Assembly: GCA_949300345.1 (NCBI GenBank)
Contig: CASGDR010000001.1
Location: 131,835-195,834 of the forward strand
Source: an uncultured bacterium
GTDB lineage: Bacteria; Bacillota_I; Bacilli_A; RFN20; CAG-826
Direction of reading: 5' to 3'
DNA: 64,000 nucleotides
In this document: positions 27,821 to 38,265 of the stretch, in pieces
How positions within the stretch are numbered: position 1 is the stretch's first letter
Layout: the number at the start of each line of letters is the position of its first letter
The notes under the pieces: generated by a model
The model's database searches: none
What the model was told of the DNA's origin: nothing
Seen by the model: the letters and a program-made list of their open reading frames with translations, nothing else
Translations under genes and position numbers: made by a program

Positions 27821-27894
27821 GAAGAAAAGCAAATCCAAAATTGGCCCTAGGCCTCTTTTTTTATCAAGCAAAAGGAAAAAGGGGCTCTCGGCCC

Positions 27895-28266
27895 TTATTC
27901 TTCATTGTTTTCCTTATGGAACCTTTCGAGGTCTTCCTCTTCCTTATCGAGGGCTTTTTGTAGCCTTTCGGCTTCCTGGAAGCGCCAGTCAAGGACGAAG
28001 CGGACCTCGGGTACCTTGCGGGTGTGCAGCCTTGAGGCCAATTTGCTTCTTACTACCCCCTTCAAGGCATCTAGTTCCTTGAAGTTCTGGGTCGGGTACT
28101 TGGCCCCCATGAAGCTCACATAGACCTTGGCAATCGAATAATCTCCTGAGACGTCAATCTGGTTGATGGAAACGAATCCGATCCTGGGATTGCGGAGCTC
28201 GAAGCTGACGATATCGCGGATATCGCGCTCGATGTTGGCCTTGAGATGGCCCTTGCGGTCAGCCAT
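27895..28266 (-). CDS. rbfA: Ribosome-binding factor A
   Basis: Start placed at the internal Met of ORF 27895..28353 (MADRKGHLKANIERDIRDIV). The ATG lies 1 nt after the infB stop. Confidence 0.8.
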   Translation of the reverse strand: MADRKGHLKANIERDIRDIVSFELRNPRIGFVSINQIDVSGDYSIAKVYVSFMGAKYPTQNFKELDALKGVVRSKLASRLHTRKVPEVRFVLDWRFQEAERLQKALDKEEEDLERFHKENNEE

Positions 28267-28267
28267 A

Positions 28268-30121
28268 TCAGGCCTTCTCCACCATCGAGTAGGCTTCCAC
28301 GAGGTCGCCTTCCTTGATGTCATTGAAGCCTTCGACCATGAAGCCGCACTCATAGCCCTGCTTGACTTCCTTCACATCGTCCTTGAAGCGCTTGAGCGAG
28401 GCGATCTTGCCTTCATAGACGATGACCCCGGACCTTAGGACCCGGACCTTGGAAGCGTTCTTGAGGACCCCGGAGGTGACATAGCTTCCGGCGACGGTTC
28501 CGACGTGGCTGATCTTATAGATGTGCCGCACTTCGGCTTCCCCGTCGACCTGTTCGACCATCTCGGCCTTGTACATGCCCTTGATGGCGTCCTTCATCTC
28601 ATCGAGGAGTTCATAGATGATGCGGTGTAGATGGATTTCCACGCCCTTTTCCTCGGCTTTGGCCCTGACCCGGGCATCGGGACGGACATTGAAGCCATAG
28701 ATGAGGGCCTTGGAGGCTTCGGCCAATAAGACATCGGAATCGGAAATTCCCCCGGCGGAGGCCATGAGGACCTTGATCCTCACGGTGTCGGTGGAGAGTT
28801 TTTCCAAGGAGGCCTTCAGGGCTTCGGCCGAACCGTCGGTATCGGCCTTGACGATGACATTGAGGTCCTGGACCTTGCCGGCATTGACGAGGTTGTTGAG
28901 GTCGCTAAGGGAAAGGGCCGCGGTGCCCGAGCGTTGGGCCGCCTGCTTTTCGAGGGCCCGCTTTTCGGCGATGGACTTGGCTTCCTTTTCGCTAGGGAAG
29001 GCCATGAAGCGGTCACCGGCCCCCGGTACGGCCGATAGTCCGGTTACGGATACCGGGGTGGCCGGGGTGGCCGATTTCAAGACCTCGCCGTGTTCGTTGA
29101 CCATGCGGCGGATCTTGCCATAGATATCCCCGACTACCACATAGTCCCCGGAATTCAGGGTGCCGTTTTGGACCAAAAGGGTAGCCTTGGGGCCTTCGCC
29201 CTTATCGAGATTGGCCTCAAGGACGGTTCCGATGGCGTAACGATTCGGATTGGCCTTGAGTTCCATGATTTCGGAACGTAGCAAAACGGCTTCGAGGAGT
29301 TCCTCGATGCCCTTGCCGGTCTTGGCGGAGAGTTCGCAGGTAATGACCTCGCCTCCGTATTCCTCGGGGACGATGTCATGGGCGAGCAACTGCTCCTTGA
29401 CCTTGCGGGGATTGGCGCCCGGGGCGTCCATCTTGTTGATGGCCACGATGACCGGGCAGTTGGCGGCCTGGGCGTGGGAGATGGCCTCGAGGGTCTGGGG
29501 CATGACGCCGTCATCGGCGGCCACGACCAGGATTACGAGGTCGGTGACCGAAGCGCCGCGGGCCCGCATGGCGGTGAAGGCCGCGTGCCCCGGGGTATCG
29601 ATGAAGGTGATCTTCTTGCCCTTGACTTCCTTCTGGTAGGCGCCGATGGCCTGGGAAATGCCCCCGGCTTCGTTGGCAGCCACGTTGGAATTCCTGATGG
29701 CGTCGATCAAAGTGGTCTTGCCATGGTCGACGTGTCCCATGACGGTGACCACCGGAGGACGCTCGGAAAGATCCTTGGGATCATCGACGATCTCAAGGTC
29801 TTCGAAGTGCTCGGCATCGACGGTTTCTTCCTTCTTGAAGTCATAGTTGAACTCCAAGCAGATGAGCCCGATCATCTCATCATCGAGGATCTGGTTGATG
29901 GTCACGTTCTTGCCCTGGAGGAACAGGAACTTGATTATCGAGGAAATCGGGACGTTGATGGCTTTGGAGAGTTCGCTGACCGATAGCGGCTTGTTGTAGA
30001 CGAAGACGCCGCCGTTGACCTTGGCGAATTCGGTCTTGCGGTGCGCGGGGCGTTCCTCGAAATTGGAAACCCTAGCCCGCTGGGTCTGGTTCTTTTTGGA
30101 GAAGTACTTCTTCTTTTTCAT
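28268..30121 (-). CDS. infB: Translation initiation factor IF-2 (short form)
   Basis: 617 aa with G-domain GHVDHGKTTLIDAIR and DTPGHAAF. Confidence 0.9.
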   Translation of the reverse strand: MKKKKYFSKKNQTQRARVSNFEERPAHRKTEFAKVNGGVFVYNKPLSVSELSKAINVPISSIIKFLFLQGKNVTINQILDDEMIGLICLEFNYDFKKEETVDAEHFEDLEIVDDPKDLSERPPVVTVMGHVDHGKTTLIDAIRNSNVAANEAGGISQAIGAYQKEVKGKKITFIDTPGHAAFTAMRARGASVTDLVILVVAADDGVMPQTLEAISHAQAANCPVIVAINKMDAPGANPRKVKEQLLAHDIVPEEYGGEVITCELSAKTGKGIEELLEAVLLRSEIMELKANPNRYAIGTVLEANLDKGEGPKATLLVQNGTLNSGDYVVVGDIYGKIRRMVNEHGEVLKSATPATPVSVTGLSAVPGAGDRFMAFPSEKEAKSIAEKRALEKQAAQRSGTAALSLSDLNNLVNAGKVQDLNVIVKADTDGSAEALKASLEKLSTDTVRIKVLMASAGGISDSDVLLAEASKALIYGFNVRPDARVRAKAEEKGVEIHLHRIIYELLDEMKDAIKGMYKAEMVEQVDGEAEVRHIYKISHVGTVAGSYVTSGVLKNASKVRVLRSGVIVYEGKIASLKRFKDDVKEVKQGYECGFMVEGFNDIKEGDLVEAYSMVEKA

Positions 30122-30420
30122 GTGTTCTCCTTTCCGGCTTTCCCAAGCAGGGCCAGAGCGGCCTTCTTGGAAGATATGCCGACGAGGCTTACCTCGTCTT
30201 TGCCTAGGGCTTGGCCTAGTTGGCTTTTGCTATAACCCTTCATTAGGATGGGCCCTAGCTTATTGATGAGGGATTCGGCCCGGCGCTGGGCATCCTTGCC
30301 GGCATCGTCGGCGAGGATGAGCAGGGCGAGGTGCCTTTGGCAATCGAGGGCTTCGCCGATGATGAGGTTACCGCCCTTATTGAGCAGTCCGAGGAAGCTG
30401 AGTTGCCTAGAGGAGCCCAT
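30118..30420 (-). CDS. ylxQ: L7Ae-family ribosomal protein-like YlxQ
   Basis: 100 aa L7Ae fold, in the conserved position between ylxR and infB. Confidence 0.7.
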   Translation of the reverse strand: MGSSRQLSFLGLLNKGGNLIIGEALDCQRHLALLILADDAGKDAQRRAESLINKLGPILMKGYSKSQLGQALGKDEVSLVGISSKKAALALLGKAGKENT

Positions 30421-30652
30421 ATAGTTCTCCCTTCAGCCTTTCGCAGGCTTCCTCGCTTATCTTCCCCTTGAAGTGGCGGGGCGAGATGCGCTTTATGGCC
30501 TCTTCCTTCTTCAGGAAGTAATATCCCCTTCCGGGCATGCTATCCACGGAGTCGACCACGGCCTGGCCATCGATTAGGACGACCCGGAAAAGCCGGCTTT
30601 TGGGCTCGCGGGTCCTGCTGACCAAGCACATGCGGGGATTGTCTATTCTCAT
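30407..30652 (-). CDS. ylxR: YlxR/DUF448 RNA-binding protein
   Basis: 81 aa in the conserved position after nusA, with MCLVSR..G and RGYY motifs. Confidence 0.7.
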   Translation of the reverse strand: MRIDNPRMCLVSRTREPKSRLFRVVLIDGQAVVDSVDSMPGRGYYFLKKEEAIKRISPRHFKGKISEEACERLKGELYGLL

Positions 30653-32325
30653 TATTTCTCCGAGTCGTAGTAGGAATCGTAGTCGGCGAGGTCGATGTCG
30701 GAGTAGTCGGTATCTTCGTCGAGGCTATCTTCCTGTTCGATCTCCTCGAGTTCCTCATCCGAATAGATGGGCAGCGCGGTAGCTGCGGAAGTGGCAGCCT
30801 CGCTGGGCTTGACGTGCTCGACTTCCTCTTCGGTGATCTTGCGCGGCTTCTTGCGTTTTTCGGTGGAGACGGTCTTCTTCTCCTTGGCCTTTTCGAGTTC
30901 CTTTTCGAGGGATTCGAGCGAGGTCGTGGTCTTGACCTTGACCACTTCTTCGACCCTCTCTTCTTCCTTCTTGGCCTTCAGGGCTGCCTCTTCGGCCTTC
31001 TTGGCTTCTTCGGCCTTCTTGGCTTCTTCTAGGGCCTTGGCATTTTCCTCGGCAGCCTTCTTGGCGGCTTCCTCTTCGGCGCGCTTGGCCGCTTCCTTGC
31101 GGGACTTCTCGGCGTAGAGGGCCTTTTCCTTTTCCTTGGCGGCGGTTTCGGCCTCGGCTTTGAGCTGTTCGATCGGGGTAAAGGCGATGCCGTCGGCCAA
31201 AGCGTCGGATTCGGTGACGATGTCGAGCTTGTAGCCGGTCAGTTCGCTGGCCAGATGAACGTTGCTGCCCTTGCGGCCGACCGCGACGGCATACTGGTCG
31301 TCCTTAACGATGACATCGGCCTTCTTGAGCCCGTCTTCGTCTTCTTCTTCGATGGCCACGCCGACGACCTGGGCCGGACGCAGCGATTCGGCGATGTATA
31401 GCCCGATGGAATCGCTATAGGGAATGATGTCGATCTTTTCCTTTTCCTTGGAGTTGCCGAGCTGGCTGACCACCTTCTGGATGCGAGATCCGCCCGGGCC
31501 GATGCAGGCTCCGGTGGGATCGACGTCTTCGTTGTTGGAATAGACGGCGACCTTGGAGCGGACCCCGGCGTGCCTGGCGATGCCCTTGATCACGACGGTT
31601 CCGTCATAGACTTCCTGGATTTCGAGTTCGAATAGCCTCTTCAGGAAGCCGGTGGAAGAACGGGTGACCTGGATCTGGGGACCGCGGTCGGGCTTGCCCT
31701 CCTCGTGGGGGGACTGGACTTCCTGGATGTAGACCTTGACCGATTCGCCGACCTTGAAGAATTCGTCGCCGATCATCTCCTTGTGGGAGAGGGCCACGGA
31801 AGCCCGGCCCAGGGAGATGGTGACGGCCCTTTCGTCGACGCGTTCGACGATGCCGGTGGCCATTTCGCCGATGTGGTCCTTGTACATGTCATAAAGGGCG
31901 GCGCGCTCGACCTCGCCCATCTTGGCGGAGAGGGCGTATTTGACGGCCATGGCAAAGCCGCGCTTCATGTCTTCGACCGGGAAGGGAATGTCATAGTAGT
32001 CCCCGACCTTGAAAAGCGGCTCCTTCAGTCCGCGGTTGACCTCTTCATAGCTCACCTCGAGGAAATCGTCGGTGATGTCCTTGTCCATCATGACCTTCTT
32101 GCGTTGGGCCACGTAGATGGCGCCGCTGATGCGGTCGATCTTCGCGACGACGTCGGCGTCATTGCCGGACTTAAGGTTATTGATGAGGGCCCGCTTGAGG
32201 GCTTCTTCGATGGCCCAATAGACCGCTTCGGGCGAGACGCCTTTCTGGGCGGCTAGCTCCTTGACGATCTCCGGGGGGCAAGAGGGCAACTTGGCCTCTT
32301 CTTCGATGATCTTTTTCTTTGGCAT
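30652..32325 (-). CDS. nusA: Transcription termination/antitermination factor NusA with long K/E/A-rich and acidic C-terminal tail
   Basis: 557 aa with S1 and KH domains, followed by an approximately 180 aa low-complexity AEEKAKK-type tail ending in an acidic DE/Y segment. Confidence 0.85.
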   Translation of the reverse strand: MPKKKIIEEEAKLPSCPPEIVKELAAQKGVSPEAVYWAIEEALKRALINNLKSGNDADVVAKIDRISGAIYVAQRKKVMMDKDITDDFLEVSYEEVNRGLKEPLFKVGDYYDIPFPVEDMKRGFAMAVKYALSAKMGEVERAALYDMYKDHIGEMATGIVERVDERAVTISLGRASVALSHKEMIGDEFFKVGESVKVYIQEVQSPHEEGKPDRGPQIQVTRSSTGFLKRLFELEIQEVYDGTVVIKGIARHAGVRSKVAVYSNNEDVDPTGACIGPGGSRIQKVVSQLGNSKEKEKIDIIPYSDSIGLYIAESLRPAQVVGVAIEEEDEDGLKKADVIVKDDQYAVAVGRKGSNVHLASELTGYKLDIVTESDALADGIAFTPIEQLKAEAETAAKEKEKALYAEKSRKEAAKRAEEEAAKKAAEENAKALEEAKKAEEAKKAEEAALKAKKEEERVEEVVKVKTTTSLESLEKELEKAKEKKTVSTEKRKKPRKITEEEVEHVKPSEAATSAATALPIYSDEELEEIEQEDSLDEDTDYSDIDLADYDSYYDSEK

Positions 32326-32336
32326 ATGGTCTCCTT

Positions 32337-32798
32337 CTATATCTCGACCGCGCGGCGCGCCTTGTCGATGTCTTTGATTTCCAAGTCCGCTTTGAGGGTG
32401 CGGTTCTTTTCCTTATATTCCAGGACGATGTGGCCCGGAGTCGGCGATTCCCTGAGATAGCCTTCGAGGCTATTGAGCCCCTTGTAGGGATAGCTGAGGT
32501 GGACGTTCACATAGCGGCCCACGTTCTTGGGAATGTCCTCGATGGCGATGGGCTTTTCCGCCCCCAGCGAGGAAATGTCCAAGGTATAGGCCTCATCGAT
32601 GGGATCGAGCCGGTCGAGCAGGTCGCTCACCTTGCCCGATAGGGCCTCCAGGTCATTCAGCGAGATGGGGTCCTCGCGGTCGACCACTAGGGCCAAGACC
32701 GATTCGGACTTCCCCTTGCTATAGGCGCAGGAGTAGAGGCTATAACCTTCTTCGGCTATGAGTTCGGATAGGTTGTCTTCAAGCTTCTTCAGGTCCAT
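32337..32798 (-). CDS. rimP: Ribosome maturation factor RimP
   Basis: 153 aa, the first gene of the nusA operon, with an LVVDREDPISL motif. Confidence 0.8.
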   Translation of the reverse strand: MDLKKLEDNLSELIAEEGYSLYSCAYSKGKSESVLALVVDREDPISLNDLEALSGKVSDLLDRLDPIDEAYTLDISSLGAEKPIAIEDIPKNVGRYVNVHLSYPYKGLNSLEGYLRESPTPGHIVLEYKEKNRTLKADLEIKDIDKARRAVEI

Positions 32799-32951
32799 TT
32801 TTCCTCCCTACAAACAGAAAGAGTGGCTTCAGCCACCCCACAGGATAGGTTCGCGGAATCCATTCCGGCTTTCCGCAATTAGGAAGATACCACCTAGTTT
32901 CGATTAAGTAAACAAAAAAGCGCCCGCGGGTGGGCGGGCGCCTCAGGCTAC

Positions 32952-33866
32952 TTATTCCTCAGATTCGGACTTGCCCATGATGCGGGAGAGCAAGCCGCCT
33001 TGGGACTGCTTCTTCCTTTCGTAGGCGAAGGCGAATCCCACGACATTGGGTCCTCCGTGGGAGGCATCGGTGCCGTTGGTCTCGGTGAGGTAGACTTCCT
33101 TGAAGCCGTATTCCTTGAGGGTGGCTTCCGCCATCTTCACGGTCTCCTCGGGAGTGACGGTGTAGCCGACGGCGGCAAAACTGAGATCGATCCCCTCATA
33201 GGAATCGAGGGTGGAAAGAAGGTAATCCTTCACGGCCTTATTGAGTTGCCCGCGGAACTTGCGTCCGACGGTGAGCTTGCCATCGTCGGTGGAGACGATG
33301 GCCGGCTTGATCTTCAGGAGGTTGGCCCCTAGCAGGCTGACCTTGGAGCAGCGGCCGCCCTTATACATGTAATCGAGCTTATCGATGAGCAAGGAAGCTT
33401 GGATATGGCTTTGGTACTCAAGGACCTTCTCGACGATCTGGGCAGTACTTAGTTCCCCTTCTTGGGCCAGCTTCTGGGCAAAACGGGCCTGGAAAAAGAT
33501 GCCGAGGCTGATGGTCTTGGAATCGATGACGTGGATCTTATCATTGCCCTCGGCGGCCATCAGGGCATTGGAATAGCCCGCGGACAGGGCACTGGAAATG
33601 GTGAAGTGGATGATTTCGTCATGGTCTTCGAGCAGTTTGGCAAAGTGTTCCTTCAGCTCGCCCACGTTGGCGGCCGAGGTCTTGGGAAGGATGCCGGTGG
33701 AATCCACGAATTCGAAAAGTTTGGCGCAGGTACACTCCTTGGTCCCGTCCAAATAGGATTCTTCCCCTAGCTGGATGTGGAACGGCAAGGTATATAGGCC
33801 CATCCTGGCGGCTTCGTCCGCCTTGATGTCCATAGTGGACTCGCCGGATATAGCAATTTTAATCAT
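32952..33866 (-). CDS. DegV-family fatty-acid-binding protein
   Basis: The ORF begins at 33914, but the DegV-typical start MIKIAISGEST lies at ATG 33866. Confidence 0.75.
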   Translation of the reverse strand: MIKIAISGESTMDIKADEAARMGLYTLPFHIQLGEESYLDGTKECTCAKLFEFVDSTGILPKTSAANVGELKEHFAKLLEDHDEIIHFTISSALSAGYSNALMAAEGNDKIHVIDSKTISLGIFFQARFAQKLAQEGELSTAQIVEKVLEYQSHIQASLLIDKLDYMYKGGRCSKVSLLGANLLKIKPAIVSTDDGKLTVGRKFRGQLNKAVKDYLLSTLDSYEGIDLSFAAVGYTVTPEETVKMAEATLKEYGFKEVYLTETNGTDASHGGPNVVGFAFAYERKKQSQGGLLSRIMGKSESEE

Positions 33867-33949
33867 ATTTTTATAGTTTCTCGTTTCCAATACTAGATAT
33901 TTAGGTAGCCTCAACTAGTTGTCAATAGCATTTTTGAGTTATTGGACAA

Positions 33950-34891
33950 TCAAGCCTCCTTTATCGCAATTCTGCCCCAAAGGAAGCAGCTGAGCAAGTG
34001 ATAGGCAGAGCCTAGGATGGCATAGATAAGAATGAGTAGTTCCCCTATTCCCATGCCGGCCATGAAGGACAAAGGGAAATAGGCCTGGCTGGCTTCGACG
34101 ATGGCCCGGGGATCGACGGCGACCGAAACGAAGAGATTGACGAGGGCCATGATGGATAATAGCAAGAGAACGATGCTTACTGTCGCATCGATTTTGAATT
34201 TCCTAACCTTGGGGAAGAGTTCCTTGGCCCAATAGTAGGCATAATGTAGGCTCGGAAGAAGAAGCCCAAAGGATAGTGCGAAGATGAAATAGCCGTGTTT
34301 GCCCGAGGTATCGGCGAAGGCCATGGAGCATAGCAAAACCCCCAAAAGTTCCGGGGAGGCGAGCATGAAGAAGGACCCGAAAGCCCCGAAGACTCCCCTT
34401 CTAAGCAGGCTGGTTTTCGTCCTTAGAGGCAGGTCCTTTTTGTAATAGGACCTCTGCTTCAAACCATATAGATATAGGCCGGCTCCGAGGAACATCGCGA
34501 AGATGTGCCCGATGATGGCGCTTAAAGGATATAAGGGCGTGGGATAGCCCAGAATCGGGTTCGAATACACCCCGTTATAGAGCATCACGAAGGCATAGAT
34601 GAGGGCGCTGCAGGACCAGGCTACCAGAACCAATCCGAAGACGATGAGCAAAAGCCATCTGCCCTTCAGCGTCTTCCTCGAATAATAGACATGGAAAGCG
34701 AATAGCAAAGCCAAAGGCACGATGGAGATGGCCAAAGCCGGATAGATCTGGCCTAGGCCTTGGAAGAATTCGCTGCCCATGATGGTCGAACCCAGGACGT
34801 TGCAGAATTCATAGACGAAAAGGAAGGTAGATAAGCCCGCGGCCACGTAAAGGACGAGGAGCAAGGCAATGAAGATGATTCTCTTCTTCAC
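33950..34891 (-). CDS. Polytopic integral membrane protein (hypothetical)
   Basis: 313 aa with about 8 predicted TM helices by hydrophobicity. It overlaps the downstream gene by 4 nt. Confidence 0.5.
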   Translation of the reverse strand: MKKRIIFIALLLVLYVAAGLSTFLFVYEFCNVLGSTIMGSEFFQGLGQIYPALAISIVPLALLFAFHVYYSRKTLKGRWLLLIVFGLVLVAWSCSALIYAFVMLYNGVYSNPILGYPTPLYPLSAIIGHIFAMFLGAGLYLYGLKQRSYYKKDLPLRTKTSLLRRGVFGAFGSFFMLASPELLGVLLCSMAFADTSGKHGYFIFALSFGLLLPSLHYAYYWAKELFPKVRKFKIDATVSIVLLLLSIMALVNLFVSVAVDPRAIVEASQAYFPLSFMAGMGIGELLILIYAILGSAYHLLSCFLWGRIAIKEA

Positions 34892-35949
34892 GCTAGGGGC
34901 ACCTCGCTGAACAGGCTCAGGTCGCCTTCCTGAAGATAGTAATGCGTGAGATCGGCCCTACCGTCATAGGTCCCGTCCTCATGGATGGTAAGAAGGGCGG
35001 CCCCGGTAAGATCGAAGGACTTTTCAGGGTAGGTCTTGGACATCCCCTCCTCTACCTTTCCGAAGTAGAGTTCGCGGCTGGTCTTAACCCCATATCCCAG
35101 CAAAACCCCGTCATAAATCGCTGAAAAGGAGTTTCCGTGCTCATGGCCGACGAACATGCCCAGCACGCCCCTTTGCCTAGATTCCTCGAATAGGAGGTTT
35201 TCCTTGGTGGGGAAATGCTGGTCTTCGAGCAGATAGCCGCCCCTTGCGCTTACAAGGGGGTTATCCTCTTCAGCGGCGAATAGGAATTCCTTGATGGGGA
35301 TATGGTAGTACATGGTCGAAGGCAGGTATTTGCCCCCGTTTGCTTCCCTAGCGAGTTCGGCTTGCTCTTTGAACCATTCGATCTGGTCATCATAGATGTA
35401 TTCATAGTCCCAGTCGATGGGGTTATAGGCAATATAGGAACCCGAATCCAAAACATATAGCTGATGGAAAGGCACCCCGTTCCTAGTCAGGTTGATGACA
35501 TAGTTGGACCAGCCGGTCACATCATCGTCGACCACGTTGAAAAGGCTATGGGGATATTCCATCTGCTTTTCATTTAACCAATCGATCGAATAGGTACCTT
35601 GGAAATCGTGGTTCCCATAGGCAAAGGCATAAGGAAGCTCGTAGGTTTCAAGATGCTCTAATAAGCTGATGACCTCGGCTTTGCTACCGCCCATGAACTG
35701 GTCGCCGGTCAGCATCAATAAATCCGGGGATGTGGCTTCGATTAGGGTATCCAGATATTCCTTCTGGAATTCCAGATCGGTGGAAAAATTCCAGTGGAGG
35801 TCGGATAACTGCAGGACCTTGAAATCACCAGGTCCCGCTTCGAGGGTTCTGATGTATTCCTCGGGTTGGGCAACCCTTGCCGAGGAGCCGCACGAGGACA
35901 GGGATAATACCAAGGCGCTAGCTAAGGTTAGCCGCTTTGCTCTCATCAC
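34888..35949 (-). CDS. Secreted lipoprotein calcineurin-like metallophosphoesterase
   Basis: 353 aa with lipobox LSSCGS, plus the motifs LQLSDLHW, GDQF and GNHD. Confidence 0.7.
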   Translation of the reverse strand: MMRAKRLTLASALVLSLSSCGSSARVAQPEEYIRTLEAGPGDFKVLQLSDLHWNFSTDLEFQKEYLDTLIEATSPDLLMLTGDQFMGGSKAEVISLLEHLETYELPYAFAYGNHDFQGTYSIDWLNEKQMEYPHSLFNVVDDDVTGWSNYVINLTRNGVPFHQLYVLDSGSYIAYNPIDWDYEYIYDDQIEWFKEQAELAREANGGKYLPSTMYYHIPIKEFLFAAEEDNPLVSARGGYLLEDQHFPTKENLLFEESRQRGVLGMFVGHEHGNSFSAIYDGVLLGYGVKTSRELYFGKVEEGMSKTYPEKSFDLTGAALLTIHEDGTYDGRADLTHYYLQEGDLSLFSEVPLA

Positions 35950-36809
35950 TTATGCTCGATGGGATGATCGCCGTCGTTGAAGTAGAGAATGCCTAGGGTG
36001 TGGGGGCCGCAGTGGGTGCCGATGGTACCCCCAGCCTTGGTGACCATGATTTCCTCGAAATTTTCCTTTTCGAGCCTTTCGCGGACCGCGGCGATGACAT
36101 CATCGGGAGCGGTGCTATAGGTGATGAAGATTCTCTTCTTATCGGGTTTGTTGAATTTCCTGAGGGTATCTTCGACGTATTCCAAGACCACTTTCTTCAT
36201 GGGTCCGCGGTGCTTGGCCCCGGCGATCATGGCGCCGTTTTTGACAATGATTTCGGGCTTCAGGCCCAGAAGTCCGGCCGCCATGGCCTTGATGGCCGAG
36301 CAACGTCCGCCCATCTTGAGGTATTCAAGGGTCTCGATGACGAAGGAAGCTTGGACCGCGGGTACGCGGGCCTGAACCAAATCATAGATTTCCTTGGGTT
36401 CATAGCCGGCATCGATGAGGTCGCGGGCATAGAAGCATAGAAGGGCCATGCCGGTGGAAAGGGAACGGCTATCGATGACATAGACCGGCTTGCTGGCACG
36501 CGAGGCCGAGTCCATGGCATTGCGGGTAGTCGAAGTGATTTCGCTGGATAGCGAGATGTGGATTACCGCATCGTAATCCTTGAGCAATTCCTCAAAATAG
36601 ACATCGAATTCGGCGGGGTTGATGGCCGAGGTCTTCGGCAGCTTCTTGTACTTGTCGGCATATTCGTACATCTCTTCCGTGGAGATGTCCCCGTCCTTGT
36701 ATTCGGTATCGCCCAAAATGACGGAATAGCGGGCCACATGGACACCGATGCGTTCCAAAAGCTCCTTGGGCAAATCAACGGTTGATTCGGTAGATAGTGC
36801 GATTTTCAT
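35946..36809 (-). CDS. DegV-family protein (second paralogue)
   Basis: 287 aa starting MKIALSTESTVDLP. Confidence 0.75.
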   Translation of the reverse strand: MKIALSTESTVDLPKELLERIGVHVARYSVILGDTEYKDGDISTEEMYEYADKYKKLPKTSAINPAEFDVYFEELLKDYDAVIHISLSSEITSTTRNAMDSASRASKPVYVIDSRSLSTGMALLCFYARDLIDAGYEPKEIYDLVQARVPAVQASFVIETLEYLKMGGRCSAIKAMAAGLLGLKPEIIVKNGAMIAGAKHRGPMKKVVLEYVEDTLRKFNKPDKKRIFITYSTAPDDVIAAVRERLEKENFEEIMVTKAGGTIGTHCGPHTLGILYFNDGDHPIEHK

Positions 36810-36884
36810 TATTTCTCTCCTGCGCTAGGCCTATTATCACACAACCCTTTGGCCTTGTTGTAGAATTTCCTTGAGGAAAAGAAC

Positions 36885-37394
36885 ATGGAAACGATCAAGA
36901 CCATCTTTGCCCGCTACTCGTGCAGGGGTTATGAGCACGAACCCTTCAATGAGGAAAAAGCCATCGAAATAATTAGATGCGGAATGGCCGCCCCCAGCGC
37001 CATGAACAAGAAGCCCTATGAGTTCGTGCTGGTCGATGATCCCACTACCCTTGAGCCATTAAGCCAATACCACAGGACCTTGGAAATCGCCAAGAAGGCT
37101 TCCTTCTGCATCCTCATCGTCGGCGATAGGCAAAAGCAGCCCACCGATGCCTTCCTGCAGCAGGATTGCTCCGCTGTGGCCGAGAACATGCTACTAGCGG
37201 CCACCGATCTAGGCCTAAACACCCTGTGGAACGGCATCATTCCCGACGGGGATTACATGAATGCCCTCATCAAGCACTTCAATATCCCTGATATGAAGGT
37301 TCCCGTCTGCCTGCTCATCTTCGGTCGCGGAAGCGTCGGACCCACTAGGGAAAAGGAATTCGACGAAAAGCGCATCATCAGGGGGTCATATTGA
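36885..37394 (+). CDS. Nitroreductase-family protein
   Basis: 169 aa with an N-terminal RYSCRGY (RxSxRxF/Y) nitroreductase signature. Confidence 0.7.
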   Translation: METIKTIFARYSCRGYEHEPFNEEKAIEIIRCGMAAPSAMNKKPYEFVLVDDPTTLEPLSQYHRTLEIAKKASFCILIVGDRQKQPTDAFLQQDCSAVAENMLLAATDLGLNTLWNGIIPDGDYMNALIKHFNIPDMKVPVCLLIFGRGSVGPTREKEFDEKRIIRGSY

Positions 37395-37548
37395 TGTTTC
37401 CCAAAGAAGTTACGGTCAATTACTACGCCAACGAAAGCGCCTACCGCACCGGGACCATTGCCTTTTCCGAGACCTATCCCGACCGCAATACCGCCCTCTT
37501 TGCCGCTAGGAGCAAAAAGAACGTCTTCCCCTATTTCGACATCGTCGG

Positions 37549-38265
37549 ATGAAACTATCCCGTTATAAAAAAGATAGTCCTTTCTCCTATTGTCTTGGGG
37601 CTTTCCCGAGCATGGAGCTTCTTTCAAGCCGTCCTGAGGCTTGCCTTTCTTTGCATATCCATTCCACCTTTTCCAACCAGGAGTATCTGGATAAGGCCCT
37701 GGATATTTGCAGTCGCCATCAAATCCCGGTCTATAGGGATGATGATAGGAACATCGCTAGGCTTAACGAGAAGGAAAACGTCTATGTGGTGGCCACCTTC
37801 AAGAAATATGAAGATAGCCTTGATAAGGAAGGAGACCACCTGCTGCTGGACAAGCCTTCCAACATGGGCAATCTAGGGACCATCATCCGCTCGTCCCTGG
37901 GCTTTAGTGTAAAAGACATCGCCCTCATATCCCCCTGCCCCGACTATTTCGATCCCAAGGTAGTCCGCTCCAGCATGGGTGCCCTGTTCAAGGTAAGGAT
38001 TTCCAAATTTGCTTCCTACAAGGAATATAAGGAAGGCTTCCCCGACCACATCGTCCATGCTTTCATGCTCGATGGGAAAAACATCCTTCAGGAATATAGC
38101 TTTCCTAAGGGCAAAAGGACTTTGGCTTTCGGAAACGAGGCCACGGGACTACCCCCTGAGTATTTGGATGAAAATTCCATCTACATCCGCCATAGCCATG
38201 ACATCGATTCACTCAACATAACCAATGCGGTCTCGATCGGGCTATACGAACTGAAGCGCAAATAA
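37549..38265 (+). CDS. SPOUT-superfamily TrmH/SpoU-type RNA 2'-O-methyltransferase
   Basis: 238 aa with motifs NMGNLGTIIRSS, FGNEATGLP and SLNITNAVSIGLYEL. Confidence 0.75.
   Translation: MKLSRYKKDSPFSYCLGAFPSMELLSSRPEACLSLHIHSTFSNQEYLDKALDICSRHQIPVYRDDDRNIARLNEKENVYVVATFKKYEDSLDKEGDHLLLDKPSNMGNLGTIIRSSLGFSVKDIALISPCPDYFDPKVVRSSMGALFKVRISKFASYKEYKEGFPDHIVHAFMLDGKNILQEYSFPKGKRTLAFGNEATGLPPEYLDENSIYIRHSHDIDSLNITNAVSIGLYELKRK

Noticed and set aside
37394-37552. Unlisted 52 aa ORF (MFPKEVTVNYYANESAYRTG...) bridging nitroreductase and TrmH-like genes with ATGA/TGATG overlaps
   Set aside because: The overlap geometry is suggestive, but there is no recognisable motif and it is short. It may be a real leader peptide, but this cannot be supported from sequence alone.
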